From contig CBDANF010000003.1 in NCBI GenBank assembly GCA_965197475.1, forward strand, positions 1,568,001 through 1,632,000: a DNA stretch of 64,000 bases, read 5' to 3'. Position 1 is the first letter of the stretch; each line of letters starts with the position of its first letter. The stretch comes from Candidatus Poribacteria bacterium. Lineage in GTDB: Bacteria; Poribacteria; WGA-4E; WGA-3G. Under the pieces are notes generated by a model. It had not been told where the DNA came from. It was given only the letters and a program-made list of their open reading frames with translations, and made no database searches. A program made the position numbers and the translations under genes. Shown here piece by piece: positions 19,322 to 29,519 of the stretch.

Positions 19322-20746
19322 ATGAAACACATTCCAATTTTACGTGCAGGACGTTCATATAGAAGCTTGAACACTGTCAGCGTTCCACACATCAAAACAG
19401 GTGAACCGTTAGCTGAGGTCAGTCAAGCCAACACAGGCTTGATAGCCAAAGACCTCCGCGACTTACCACTCCACAAACGGACACTTGCCCAACATTCCGT
19501 TGGAGAATTGATTTCGATGTACAAGGATGCTGCGCGTCTATTCACGACCACTGATTTACCCCTTGATAGTAGAACACAATCTCCAGAGGATTATATTAAA
19601 CAGGTTTCAGGAACAACCGGCTTACCCGAAACACTCTGTCAACAGAACATGGGGAAGATTCAAGGCGTTTTAGAGAATATAGAACAGGTTTTAGACGGTC
19701 TAACACGTAGACTTGATTTGCGGATCCTTGACACAGGTTGGGATGTGCAAAACGAACGGACGTTAAGTTACGTTTGTGAAACAGATGCTCTCGGTGCTGT
19801 GCTGCCAAGCAATTCGCCCGGTGTTCATTCTTTGTGGATTCCTGCTGTCGCCTTAAAAGTACCGCTTGTACTAAAACCTGGGCGTGAGGAGCCGTGGACT
19901 CCTTATCGGATAGCACAAGCGTTTATGGCAGCGGGTGTGCCGCCAGAAGCGTTCGGTTTTTATCCGACCAATTATCCTGGTGCCAACGAAATCCTATTCC
20001 GTTGTGGGAGATCAATGCTATTTGGTGGCGGTTCAACAGTCGCCCCTTGGGTAAATGACCCGCGCGTGGAAATCCACGGACCGGGACGCAGCAAAATCAT
20101 TATTCATGACAGACAGAAGGAGAACTGGGAAGCATATCTCGATCTTATCGTAGAATCGGTTACCAAAAACGGCGGTAGATCATGCATTAATGCCTCTGGC
20201 GTGTGGGTAACAGCACATGGCAGGGATATTGCCGAAGCTTTAGCGGAACGCTTAGTGCTTCTTGAACCGAAACCACTTGATCATCCGGATGCTGGAATTG
20301 CAGCATGGGCAAATCCGAAGGCTGCTCACAGTATTTCATCACTGATTGACCAACATCTCGAACAATCCGGTGCAACAGAATTGACACACGGTGACCGAGT
20401 GGTTGAGTTAGATGGCTGCACCTTCCTCAGACCGACAGTTATCTGGTGTGAAGACTCTGAACATCCTTTGGCAAACACAGAATTTCCGTTTCCGTATGTA
20501 AGTGTCGTAGAAGTTCCTGCTGCGCAGTTGGTAGAATCTATTGGCGCAACATTGGTTGCTACCGTTATTACCGAAGATGCGGCACTCATTGATGCTCTCT
20601 TGGCAACACCTCTCATTGACCGACTGAATTTAGGCGCAATCCCTACGAATCAGATTTCTTGGGATAGTCCACACGAAGGCAATCTGTTTGAGCATCTCTA
20701 TAGACAACGCGCATTTCAACTGGATAACCTACTGAAACAACCTTAA
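19322..20746 (+). CDS. EhpG/GriD-like aldehyde dehydrogenase (acyl reductase)
   Basis: LPSNSPGVH, LKPGREEP, FGG, HGPGRSK, catalytic GRSCINAS, EFPFP. Confidence 0.8.
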   Translation: MKHIPILRAGRSYRSLNTVSVPHIKTGEPLAEVSQANTGLIAKDLRDLPLHKRTLAQHSVGELISMYKDAARLFTTTDLPLDSRTQSPEDYIKQVSGTTGLPETLCQQNMGKIQGVLENIEQVLDGLTRRLDLRILDTGWDVQNERTLSYVCETDALGAVLPSNSPGVHSLWIPAVALKVPLVLKPGREEPWTPYRIAQAFMAAGVPPEAFGFYPTNYPGANEILFRCGRSMLFGGGSTVAPWVNDPRVEIHGPGRSKIIIHDRQKENWEAYLDLIVESVTKNGGRSCINASGVWVTAHGRDIAEALAERLVLLEPKPLDHPDAGIAAWANPKAAHSISSLIDQHLEQSGATELTHGDRVVELDGCTFLRPTVIWCEDSEHPLANTEFPFPYVSVVEVPAAQLVESIGATLVATVITEDAALIDALLATPLIDRLNLGAIPTNQISWDSPHEGNLFEHLYRQRAFQLDNLLKQP

Positions 20747-20778
20747 TGTTAAGATTTTAAAGGAGCCGTCAACACATT

Positions 20779-22272
20779 ATGATCGAAAACCCGAATGTCA
20801 TTCTCATTTACGGCGACGACCTCGGACGCGGTATGCTAAGTTGCTATGGACAGCAACATTTTGAAACACCGAATATTGACCGCCTTGCTAACGAAGGGAT
20901 GAGGTTCAACCATGCATACGGGTGTGCGTTCTGCGCGCCATCTCGTGCAAGCATGTTGACGGGACTCCACGATTGCCATAAGGGAACATGGACATATACT
21001 CAGGGAGGACTCTACAAAAGGATCAGTACTGGTGAAATGACACTGAGTCAAATTACAGAGTCGATCCATACAACAGGTCTTCAGGCAGGACCGGACGACA
21101 TCTTTTTGGCGCAAATCGCTGAAGAGGCAGGTTACGCCACAGGACAGATCGGGAAGCTTGAATGGGGTTTTGCCACAACATCAGAGCGGATTCGTCGCCA
21201 CGGTTGGCAGTATCACTACGGTTACTATGATCATCAGCGTTGTCACGGCTTTTACCCGCCTTTTCTTTTTGAGAACGGACAACAGACAAACATTCGTGGA
21301 AATACACATGCGGACTGCGCGAAGCATCCAAATACGGAATCTGATGAAAATATGGAGATCCGTAGGAATCGTAAAGGCAAAACGGTATATTCGCAGGACA
21401 TATTCAACGATAAAATCATAGAATTCCTTCGCGACCATAAGGATAAACCTTTCTTTCTCTATCATCCTTCCCAGTTGCCACACGGACCGATTGCCATCCC
21501 TGAGATTCATCCATCAGTGAAACAATCATCCGAATTGACGATTTATGAAAAAGAATACGCTTCCATGATCCTGAAACTGGATCAGACAGTTGGAATCATC
21601 TTAGACGAACTCCAACGACTTGGAATTGACGATCGTACGATGATCGTCTTTTGTTCTGATAATGGTCATGAAGTGTATTACCGACAGGAAGGGCGAACTT
21701 CTGGTCGACAGAAGAGTTTGGATGGCGAATCGTTTGATGAAATCAGGACAAAATTCTATTCAGAAATAGGTGGTGATGTTTTTAACGGGAACGATGGTAT
21801 GGGAGGCTTGAAGTTTTCAAGTTGGGAAGGTGGAACACGAATTCCATACATTATCCGCTTACCAAGAATGATTAAACCGGACAGTGTGTCTAACCACATG
21901 CTCGCAAACTACGATCTGATGCCAACGCTTGCAGACATCATCGGCGTGGAAGTACCGCAAGCCAAAGATGGTGTGTCGTTCTTGCCTACTTTGATGGAAC
22001 AAGATGAGGAGCAACAATGCCATGATTGGATTGTATACGCTTCAAGACTTGGTCCTGCTTTGGTGACATCGGATGGTTGGAAGCTGCGTTATATCAACGA
22101 AATGGATAGTTTCCAGTTATATCAACTTAATCACGACTACCGCGAAGAGAACGACATTTCAGCAAATCACCCCGACATCGTTTCGCGACTCAGTAAATGG
22201 ATGCTCAATGCTTGTGACGAAGATTATCAAAATGGTACGCCTGGTGCACATTTGAGAAAAGTACAAAAGTAA
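20779..22272 (+). CDS. Arylsulfatase (formylglycine-dependent)
   Basis: PNVILIYGDDLG, CAPSRAS (CxPxR), SDNG, WEGGTRIP. Confidence 0.92.
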   Translation: MIENPNVILIYGDDLGRGMLSCYGQQHFETPNIDRLANEGMRFNHAYGCAFCAPSRASMLTGLHDCHKGTWTYTQGGLYKRISTGEMTLSQITESIHTTGLQAGPDDIFLAQIAEEAGYATGQIGKLEWGFATTSERIRRHGWQYHYGYYDHQRCHGFYPPFLFENGQQTNIRGNTHADCAKHPNTESDENMEIRRNRKGKTVYSQDIFNDKIIEFLRDHKDKPFFLYHPSQLPHGPIAIPEIHPSVKQSSELTIYEKEYASMILKLDQTVGIILDELQRLGIDDRTMIVFCSDNGHEVYYRQEGRTSGRQKSLDGESFDEIRTKFYSEIGGDVFNGNDGMGGLKFSSWEGGTRIPYIIRLPRMIKPDSVSNHMLANYDLMPTLADIIGVEVPQAKDGVSFLPTLMEQDEEQQCHDWIVYASRLGPALVTSDGWKLRYINEMDSFQLYQLNHDYREENDISANHPDIVSRLSKWMLNACDEDYQNGTPGAHLRKVQK

Positions 22273-22358
22273 TTTCGAACCTTCTCATATTATTGAAAAC
22301 CACGTATTTCATCAAATCCAAATTCATTGTCGCAAAAGACGCGTGATAAATATACATT

Positions 22359-22410
22359 GTAGCACAATCTGTTAGATTGTGCTTTACGCAAACTGACAGT
22401 TTGCGCTACA
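22359..22410. repeat. GTAG-type REP doublet
   Basis: GTAGCACAATCTGTTAGATTGTGC...GCAAACTGACAGTTTGCGCTAC: two hairpins in inverted orientation. Confidence 0.6.
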
Positions 22411-22522
22411 AGACCACCGTGAATAATGAACCACCCTCGATTAATTGTTTCATCTATTCTAATCAACCGCACTATGTTGACAGAAAAATAACATAGCGTA
22501 TATAGAAAAGGAGTATCTATTA

Positions 22523-23803
22523 ATGAAAATTTTGTCTATAGTATCAATCGTAGTTCTAATTGCTTTAGCTGCTGGATGCGATGAAATGCAACAGCAAGTT
22601 ATAAAACCTGTGATGATGCCTGACGACGAGGATCCAAAGGACAAACCCGCTGTTGAGACCGAAACTCCAAAGGATGATCCCAATGTTGATGACGAGGATC
22701 CAAAGGATGATCCCCTTATTGACGACGAAGATCCAAAAGAGGATCCCCCTGTTGAACCTGAAACGCCCGCCGCAGCGTTTGTAAGTGCGACACCCTCAAG
22801 CGGAGATATATCGGAAGACGGTAGTATCAGCCTCACATTTGACAACGACCCTGGGGACGTAACAGTTAGTACAGGTACAGTCGCAGGGGTTGGTGAATCG
22901 CGGACTATCAACGGTCCTTTCCCCGTTGGTGCGCTTGCCCTTACAATCGCGTGGACAAACGGCAACGGAAGCCACACGCTTAACTATAACGTTATTGCCG
23001 TAGATGTTACCCCACTAGTGGTCACCTCCAGCGATCCTATAGATGGTACAGTAGATGTTGACCCCACCGAAGTGTTTGAGAACGGGATAGAGATCACCTT
23101 CAGTAAACCTGTCACCGGAGACCTTAGGCTTATGGATGGCGACGATGATGTCGGTTGGACAGTTGCCTTTGAAGGGGATAGAGTCACCCTCACAGGGAAT
23201 GCTGGGCAAGAGCTCAGCCACGAAACGATGTACGAGATCGTGGGGACTGTCAGCGATAGTGCTGACAACGAAGCCGAAATCAGCATCACCTTCACAACCG
23301 AATTAGCACCTGCACCGCCCCCTACGCCTGTGACACTGGATCCGGGAGAAGGATTAAGTATCGGTGCCGAAGCACCAGATTTTACGTTGCCTGACGGTAG
23401 TGGAACCAACCACACCCTTTCGGACAGCATCGGTAGCAGTAAAGTGGTGCTCGTGTTCTTTAGGGGCAAATTCTGACCGGAGTGTAGGAAGCAACTCGTC
23501 GAGTTGCAAAAAAACTACGATGAAATTATAGAAGCAGGCGGATCACCTATCGCTATCAGCGTTGATGGCACCACTACCACCCAGGAAACAGTTGATAGGG
23601 ATAGTCTCACGTTCACCGTGTTATCTGATAGCGGCAAATCGGCAATTTCTGCTTACAACGTTGTATCTCAAAGTAATACCAATCTTGCCCGACCTTCAGT
23701 CTTTATCATTAAGACGGATGGGACGATTGGATGGAAATCTCTTGATTCTGAGTATTCAAGGGTTGCTACTTCCAGCATTATAAGTGCATTGGAAGATCTC
23801 TAA
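22523..23803 (+). CDS. Selenocysteine-containing lipoprotein: acidic repeats, Ig-like domain(s) and an AhpC/TSA redoxin domain (UxxC)
   Basis: Lipobox AAGC; APDFTLPD...VLVFFRGKF-TGA(23474-6)-PECRKQLVELQ continues in frame into the ORF at 23504; hairpin GCAACTC-GTC-GAGTTGC just downstream. Confidence 0.85.
23491..23507 (+). promoter_or_regulatory. Candidate bacterial SECIS element
   Basis: 7-bp stem with a G-first loop (GTC), 21 nt after the in-frame UGA. Confidence 0.7.
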
Positions 23804-23892
23804 TATTTCTTTTCGCAATGAGTATTATTTGACGAAAATATCATAATGTGATTTTTTGCATCACGATTTATTAATATGATTTGCAATACTGG

Positions 23893-23928
23893 AAAAAGCA
23901 GTCTATGACTACACATAGACTGCTTTTT
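23893..23928. terminator. Bidirectional intrinsic terminator-like hairpin
   Basis: AAAAAGCAGTCTATG-ACTACA-CATAGACTGCTTTTT. Confidence 0.65.
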
Positions 23929-24199
23929 GACTTGACAGAAATATGTAAATTCTGCTATAATACAATGTGGGAAATATGTTATTTGCGTAGCAAACGTAAC
24001 TTGTGTTCAGCAAGCCTTAATTGGCGTTGCATGTCTTTCAAGTTACGTATAAACCTTTGATTTCTTATCTTAGCCATTGCTTGCTTATGGCATATTTGGT
24101 TTTTGGTCAAAGCCACGATTGACACCTCCCATACTTGGCAGTGTTTGTTTGCTTAGCACTGCCATTCTTTTTATCCTATTATAATTATAACATATATTC

Positions 24200-25028
24200 T
24201 TCATATCAGGAGACGTGTATATCACATTTAGAAAATATACGTTGGGGTAACAATCCAGAGTGCCCACATTGCGGTAGTTTCAAAATTAATCGTAGGAATG
24301 AAACCGAAACAGGTAAAATTGGTAGATGGGGTTGTCAAGAATGTAGAGCATCGTTCCGTGTGTTGCATGGCACCTTGTTTCACGGAACTAAAATACCTCT
24401 TCGAAAGTGGTTTTTAGCAATATCTTTGATGATAAACGCTAAGAAAAGTTTATCCAGTCATCAATTAGCACGTGATTTGGAATTGAATCAGAAAACGGCA
24501 TGGTCTATGATGCAAAAAATCCGTGCGGAGATGGCAACGAAAGGTAATACGTTGTTGAAAGGTATTATTGAGGCAGATGAAACATATATAGGCGGCAAGC
24601 CAAGAAAAAGGAATAAAAAGGAGGATCGAGAACCTGTCAAGCGTGGTCGTGGCACATCAAAAACTGCAATTATAGGTGTTGTTGAGAGAGGCGGTCAGGT
24701 TATTGCTAAAGTAACGGAGAATTTGACAGGTCGTGATATACTTAAGTTTATTAGGAAACATGTTAATTTGGCAGAATCTGAGTTAATGACTGATGAATTC
24801 AGGTCATATCAGCGTGTTGGCAAAGAAATAAAGCATCACATCATTAACCACAAGGAGCAATATGTAGATGGTGAAGTTCACACAAACACAATAGAAGGCT
24901 TTTGGAGTTTATTAAAACGTGCTTGGTATGGAACGCATCACCATTATTCTGTGACGTGGACACCTCTATATGTGGCAGAGGCATGCTATAATATAACTAC
25001 CGAGAAACCAACATCTTTGAGAAGTTTC
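24200..25028 (+). pseudogene. IS1595 (ISXO2-like) transposase remnant
   Basis: CPHC, IEADETYIGG, TDE and HTNTIEGFW motifs; the native N-terminus (MDLxKVMERFP in the other two copies) is missing and there is a 1-nt deletion near 24990. Confidence 0.8.
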
Positions 25029-25469
25029 TCACCGAAAGTATAACGTGAGAAATCTGAAAAATAAAAACTTCCAAGTCCAAAACGACTTATTGCGAAAAAT
25101 AATGCCGCACTAATTGCAAAATAAATTAAACAAGTATTTATTGCAATTTCGTTTTCTGTGCCTTTATATTTATAATAACGTTCTAAATCGCCTATTCCAA
25201 GAACAAAAAAACTGGTGATAAAGAAGTTGCAACAAAACAGATTCTTATTAATATTGTGAATGACCAATGCAAAAATTTACCAAACATGTTGAATCCTCCA
25301 AAGATGGATTATTACGAATTACATAAATATAACACGTTGGTAAATTATATCATACTGGACAATATATTGCAAGTTGCAATCATGTAGATTTTTACAAAAT
25401 TTTCTTTTTCAGGTTTTTGACATGAAAATTGCCATAAATCCAGTCTGTATATGCGTTTTCGCTTGACAA

Positions 25470-25775
25470 TCATGCTGCATACTGATATAATATATATGGA
25501 ATTTTGATGGTTTTTGAAAGATGATTTAATTTCGTTTTTGCGTCTTTATCATCAAGTGAAAATCCGAGATTTTTTTCAATATTGCTGATATGATATTCTT
25601 TTATAATCTTCAGCAATCGTTTTTCTTGGTTTATTTCACGTATCTGATTTTCCAGTTCCAACCTTTCTTTTTGCATTATGAAAAGCGGATCGTTAAATAG
25701 TTCGTCCGCATTTTTAAATTCTATAATAAGATCTTGATATATAAAAGTGATCATGGTTTGTTTCCTTTTATTCAA
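25470..25775 (-). CDS. Hypothetical protein (AT-rich, coiled-coil)
   Basis: 101-aa ORF between IS1595 elements. Confidence 0.4.
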   Translation of the reverse strand: MNKRKQTMITFIYQDLIIEFKNADELFNDPLFIMQKERLELENQIREINQEKRLLKIIKEYHISNIEKNLGFSLDDKDAKTKLNHLSKTIKIPYILYQYAA

Positions 25776-26013
25776 GGCACTTTAATCAACTGTAGGAGCC
25801 GTTTGCTCCTGCAGTTGTTGTGCTTTGAATAGATTTAAAATTTTGTATTCTTTAAGTATATCATATTTTCGATCAAAAGCCTACAAAATTTCACTACGCC
25901 TAAAACTATTCGCAGCATTTATTTTTTAACGCAATGAGTAGTTTTGGACTTGATAAATTTGAGAAAAATTTTTCACTTGACAAAATCCTGCCAGTATAGT
26001 ATCCTATTAACAT

Positions 26014-26092
26014 CACGAATTTTGGTAGAGAATGTTAGCCGCGTCGCAAGGCGCGGTCTCTACCTCAACCGCCTAACATCGGAAAATTCGTG
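26014..26092 (+). ncRNA. Predicted pseudoknotted 5' leader RNA
   Basis: Four complementary pairings plus a GCAA tetraloop, directly downstream of TTGACA-17-TATCCT (25977-26005). Confidence 0.5.
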
Positions 26093-26205
26093 TGTGTGAA
26101 TTCGTGAATCAATGCAACACATTTCATATATTTTATGGACTCACACAATGGAGTCTTTGCATCTAAAACCCCATTGTGCTGTGTCCTATGCCAAAGGAGT
26201 TTAGG

Positions 26206-26668
26206 ATGCACAAAAAAGTTGGACCTGGTGGCGTTATTCTTAATCCTGTAAGCACACCACCGTGGGAATCACCAATAGATGAGGTTATAATACCTCCAGC
26301 ATTGTCACGTCCAGATGAATTTAAAACCAACTGGAAACAATTGTCGTTTTCATTCAAAGGTAGAATAAACCGAAAAGACTTTTGGATATATTTCTTAGGT
26401 ACTGGTTTATTATACATAACTTTTTGGGGCATTTTTGATATATACAGTAGGTGAAATTGCGTATTACGCTTTTATGATACCAATTAGTATCGTGAAATTC
26501 TTCTGGTGTGATAACGCTGTTATCGTGAAACGATGCCATGATTTTGGTAGATCTGCTTGGTATCTTATCCTATTTTACATACCTCCGATTGGTATAGTCA
26601 TTTGGTTTATGCTTGCTTTCAGTAAAGGTGATCCCGAACCAAACAAGTATGGCAACCCACCTAAATAA
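26206..26668 (+). pseudogene. DUF805 (YhaH-like) membrane protein, frameshifted near 26430
   Basis: FSFKGRINRKDFW, VKRCHDFGRSAW, KGDPEPNKYGNPP. Confidence 0.8.
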
Positions 26669-26717
26669 CCCAACAACGAGGGGACTCTGTCCCCTCTAAC
26701 CACAAAGGAGAAATCCG

Positions 26718-26969
26718 ATGAATAATTTAGTCCAAGAACAACAAGGACAACTTCAACGAAAAGAAGATATTCAGAAAGGAGTAGCAGAACTTTTAATTAC
26801 TCCACTTCTGGATGACCTTGAAAAAGCATATAACGATTTTAAAAGTAAAGATTTAAAATCTATCCATCAACTAACACAGGCTTTGAGTATATTTGTGAAA
26901 AAGACAAATGAAATTAATTCACAAGTTAGTTATGTGAATAGTGTTCTTAATTATCTTTCACAGAATTAA
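26718..26969 (+). CDS. Small helical hypothetical passenger protein
   Basis: AAGGAG RBS, 83 aa. Confidence 0.6.
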   Translation: MNNLVQEQQGQLQRKEDIQKGVAELLITPLLDDLEKAYNDFKSKDLKSIHQLTQALSIFVKKTNEINSQVSYVNSVLNYLSQN

Positions 26970-27132
26970 CCTTTTGACACATTTCATCAATAAGATGAAG
27001 ACCTTTGTTAAGTCTTTTTGTGTCACCGATATTCGTTCTTTTTACTAAATCAGTCATAGGACCGCGTAGGAATTGGATATGTTGTTCTTTACTGCGTGGT
27101 CCTTCTTTTCTTACTTCAATTTGTTCACTCAT
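26947..27132 (-). CDS. Small hypothetical protein coupled to the transposase stop
   Basis: ATGA overlap with the transposase stop; 61 aa. Confidence 0.4.
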   Translation of the reverse strand: MSEQIEVRKEGPRSKEQHIQFLRGPMTDLVKRTNIGDTKRLNKGLHLIDEMCQKVNSVKDN

Positions 27133-28009
27133 CTCATACTTTCATTGACAAACTTATCAAAGATGCTGTCAACGCTCCTATAGTTATACTTATAGCACGC
27201 TTCCGCCACATATAGCGGTGTGTATCCTGTCTGATAGTGGTGATGACTTCCATACCAAGCGCGTTTGAGAAGCGACCAGAAGCCCTCAATCGTGTTCGTA
27301 TGGACATCACCCTCAGCAAACTGCACCTTGTGGTTGATAACAGCGTGCTTCATTTCTTTCCCAATAGCGTTGTAAGCCTGATATTCATCGGTTATTAGTT
27401 CCGATTTTTTAGGTTTACAGCACTCCGAATAAACTCAAGGATAGTGCGTCCTGTGAGGTTGTGTGCCACTTGTGCGACAACCCTACCTCCACGCTGCACT
27501 GCTCCTATTATAGCAGTTTTTTCAGTGCCTCTGCCACGTTTATGTGGTTCATCATCTTCACGTTTGTTCTTTTTACGAGGTTTACCGCCAATATAGGTCT
27601 CATCTGCTTCAATGATACCTTGTAGTAAAGCCCCGCCTTTCTTCGCCATTTCAGCACGGATACGAGTCATTATAAACCATGCTGTCTTTTGATTCAAGTC
27701 TAAATCGCGCGCAAGTTGATGACTTGACAAACTTTTCTTCGCATTCGTTATCAACGAAATAGCTAAAAACCACTTCTGTAACACTACCTTTGTCCCGTGA
27801 AACACCGACCTGCACGTCACCTTGAAACTCACTTGGCACTCGTGGCAGTTCCAACGACCGATACGACCGATCTTTGTCTCCTCACGCCTGCCCACATGAC
27901 CGCTTTCACAATGCGGACACACAGGTTTACCTCGCCAACGAATCTTCTCTAAATGCGAAATACAACTCTCTTGATCCGGGAAACGTTCCATCACCTTCAA
28001 CAAATCCAT
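27129..28009 (-). pseudogene. IS1595 transposase, frameshifted in an A run near 27405
   Basis: ORFs 27395-28009 and 27129-27353 join into a full-length homologue of 29870-30751. Confidence 0.88.
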
Positions 28010-28068
28010 CAGATAACTCCTTGAAATAGGAGTTGCTTTTTCTGACGGACTTCTGATACAATATCAGA

Positions 28069-28138
28069 TAAGATTAAACCTTCAGAAAGCAACTCTGCTT
28101 TTTGGGTTAATTGGGAGGCTACAACCTCCCTTTTTTCT
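28069..28138 (+). ncRNA. Predicted antisense RNA to the transposase leader (element 2)
   Basis: TTGCTT-18-TACAAT promoter (28033-28062); terminator GGGAGG-CTACAA-CCTCCC-TTTTTT; homologous unit in element 3. Confidence 0.55.
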
Positions 28139-28227
28139 TATCTATATTATACCATATAAACCCAGTGGACACAAGGCTTTATAGCGATTTTTAAAATTTT
28201 TTATCAAGTCCAAAACTACTCATTGCG

Positions 28228-28772
28228 TAGAATTTTGGAGTGAGGGCAACCGACTTGGGGATGAGGTTCGTAAGACATACCAAGATAAGTACGGAGACTC
28301 ACAAACTACGCCACCGATGCACGTAATTGCCGAGTACGTCAATGCAGAGGCAGAACAAAATGAACGTTTCAACGAAACGTACTTAAACCAACAGATTACG
28401 CAAGGGAAACGCGCACGTGCAATAACCCGTATCTCACCTGTCGCGATTGTCCAACACCTTTTCGAATCTTTTGCCGGGACAGGGTTAGAACGGCATCTGC
28501 AATTTATTGAGAATGTGAAACGTTATGCTCGTGAATATCGAGATTTTGTAATTGATACTGACAGGGCGGATCCGATCAGCCTTCATGCTATTGGGGTGCC
28601 TGAGGGTATGTCGCAAAAGCCTGTCAGTCCAAAGGCGATTCCCAAATTTAAAGATAAACTCAGTCTCAACCGAGATTTCAACGCTGCGGCGATGGACTTA
28701 CTACTGTTGGTGCTGTTTCTAGTCGTGCTGTTTTCAGGGGCGTATCTTGCGTTTGTCCGCGTTGAAGTTTGA
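28228..28772 (+). pseudogene. C-terminal remnant of an ABC permease-associated (DUF3526-like) protein, truncated by the IS
   Basis: ITRISPVAIV...GTG...HLQF, terminal helix LLLLVLFLVVLFSGAYLAFVRVEV; frame is open from the TIR. Confidence 0.6.
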
Positions 28773-28988
28773 AAATAGTTTAGGCAAAAAATTCACTCAT
28801 TTGGTGGATAGCTCCCAGAGCGTGCCTGCTGCTTTCAAATCAACACTTAGTGAACGGATAGCAAACGTTGAATTGACACTTGTAGGTTTCACTTTGTTCA
28901 ACCTAACTTACATGATGAACCAACTTTTATACAGCACTCACGTTGTAGTACGATACATTTTTTTAACACCTTTGCACTTTTAGCTCAG

Positions 28989-29109
28989 CAGAACTTACGC
29001 AAATTGGGCAGAAAAAGGAAATATTGGACTTAAAAAGTCGTTATTTAGGTATTTTAACCCCCTAAATCCCTCTTATCAAGGGACTTTTGAACCTAATGCG
29101 TAAGTCCTA
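28989..29109. mobile_element. MITE with (C/T)AG(G/A)ACTTACGCA ends, copy 1
   Basis: 13-bp TIRs, flanking direct repeat GCTCAG; similar to 37897-38018. Confidence 0.8.
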
Positions 29110-29357
29110 GCTCAGTATGAGCACTAATTCAATTAATTTCGTGCGATTTTCCATTTTTACTATCCTTTTACGTTTTGCAGACTCTATTTCGTAACACAAC
29201 AAAAATTGGAGGAATTGAAAATGACAACCACATTGATTATCGGAATAAGTAGTTTTGGACATAAGAAAAACAGCATAAAATCAGACATAGACTGACATCG
29301 TAAGGGCTTCCTGACGAGGAAGATAATTGTTAGACCATTTCTTTTGATGGGAATTGG

Positions 29358-29480
29358 TTATAGATTGTGTTTAATCTTAAGTAGATAATTTTCAATAATC
29401 ATCATAATTAAACGCGATTCTATCACGTTTTGTCCTGCTTTTATTTCGTTGAGCAGGAACTGATTATTTTGGTTATACAT
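29358..29480 (-). CDS. 40-aa small ORF MYNQNNQFLLNEIKAGQNVIESRLIMMIIENYLLKIKHNL
   Basis: Near-perfect SD AAGGAGGTGA just upstream of the ATG; below the ORF-track cutoff. Confidence 0.55.
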   Translation of the reverse strand: MYNQNNQFLLNEIKAGQNVIESRLIMMIIENYLLKIKHNL

Positions 29481-29519
29481 AACTATCACCTCCTTTTATT
29501 TGAGTTAAAAGAGGTGGTC

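Larger units (their letters stand above)
23814..25094 (+). mobile_element. IS1595-family element 1 (decayed)
   Basis: Ends CGCAATGAGTATTATTTGAC and GTCCAAAACGACTTATTGCG; no target-site duplication seen. Confidence 0.75.
25930..28227 (-). mobile_element. IS1595-family element 2 carrying passenger genes (transporter IS)
   Basis: Perfect TIRs of about 28 bp, CGCAATGAGTAGTTTTGGACTTGATAAA, at both ends; 2.3 kb; no target-site duplication. Confidence 0.9.

Noticed and set aside
17339-20746. Bioluminescence luxCE operon
   Set aside because: Motifs fit the EhpF/GriC and GriD branch, and no luxAB or luxD is present.
22459-23469. Long minus-strand ORFs of 172 and 161 aa
   Set aside because: Antisense shadows of the low-complexity lipoprotein gene.
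23504-23803. Independent 99-aa gene
   Set aside because: It is in frame with the upstream ORF and supplies the second half of its redoxin domain across a UGA.
24986-25267. 93-aa membrane ORF as an intact gene
   Set aside because: It runs across the IS1595 TIR at 25094, so it is at best a truncated remnant.
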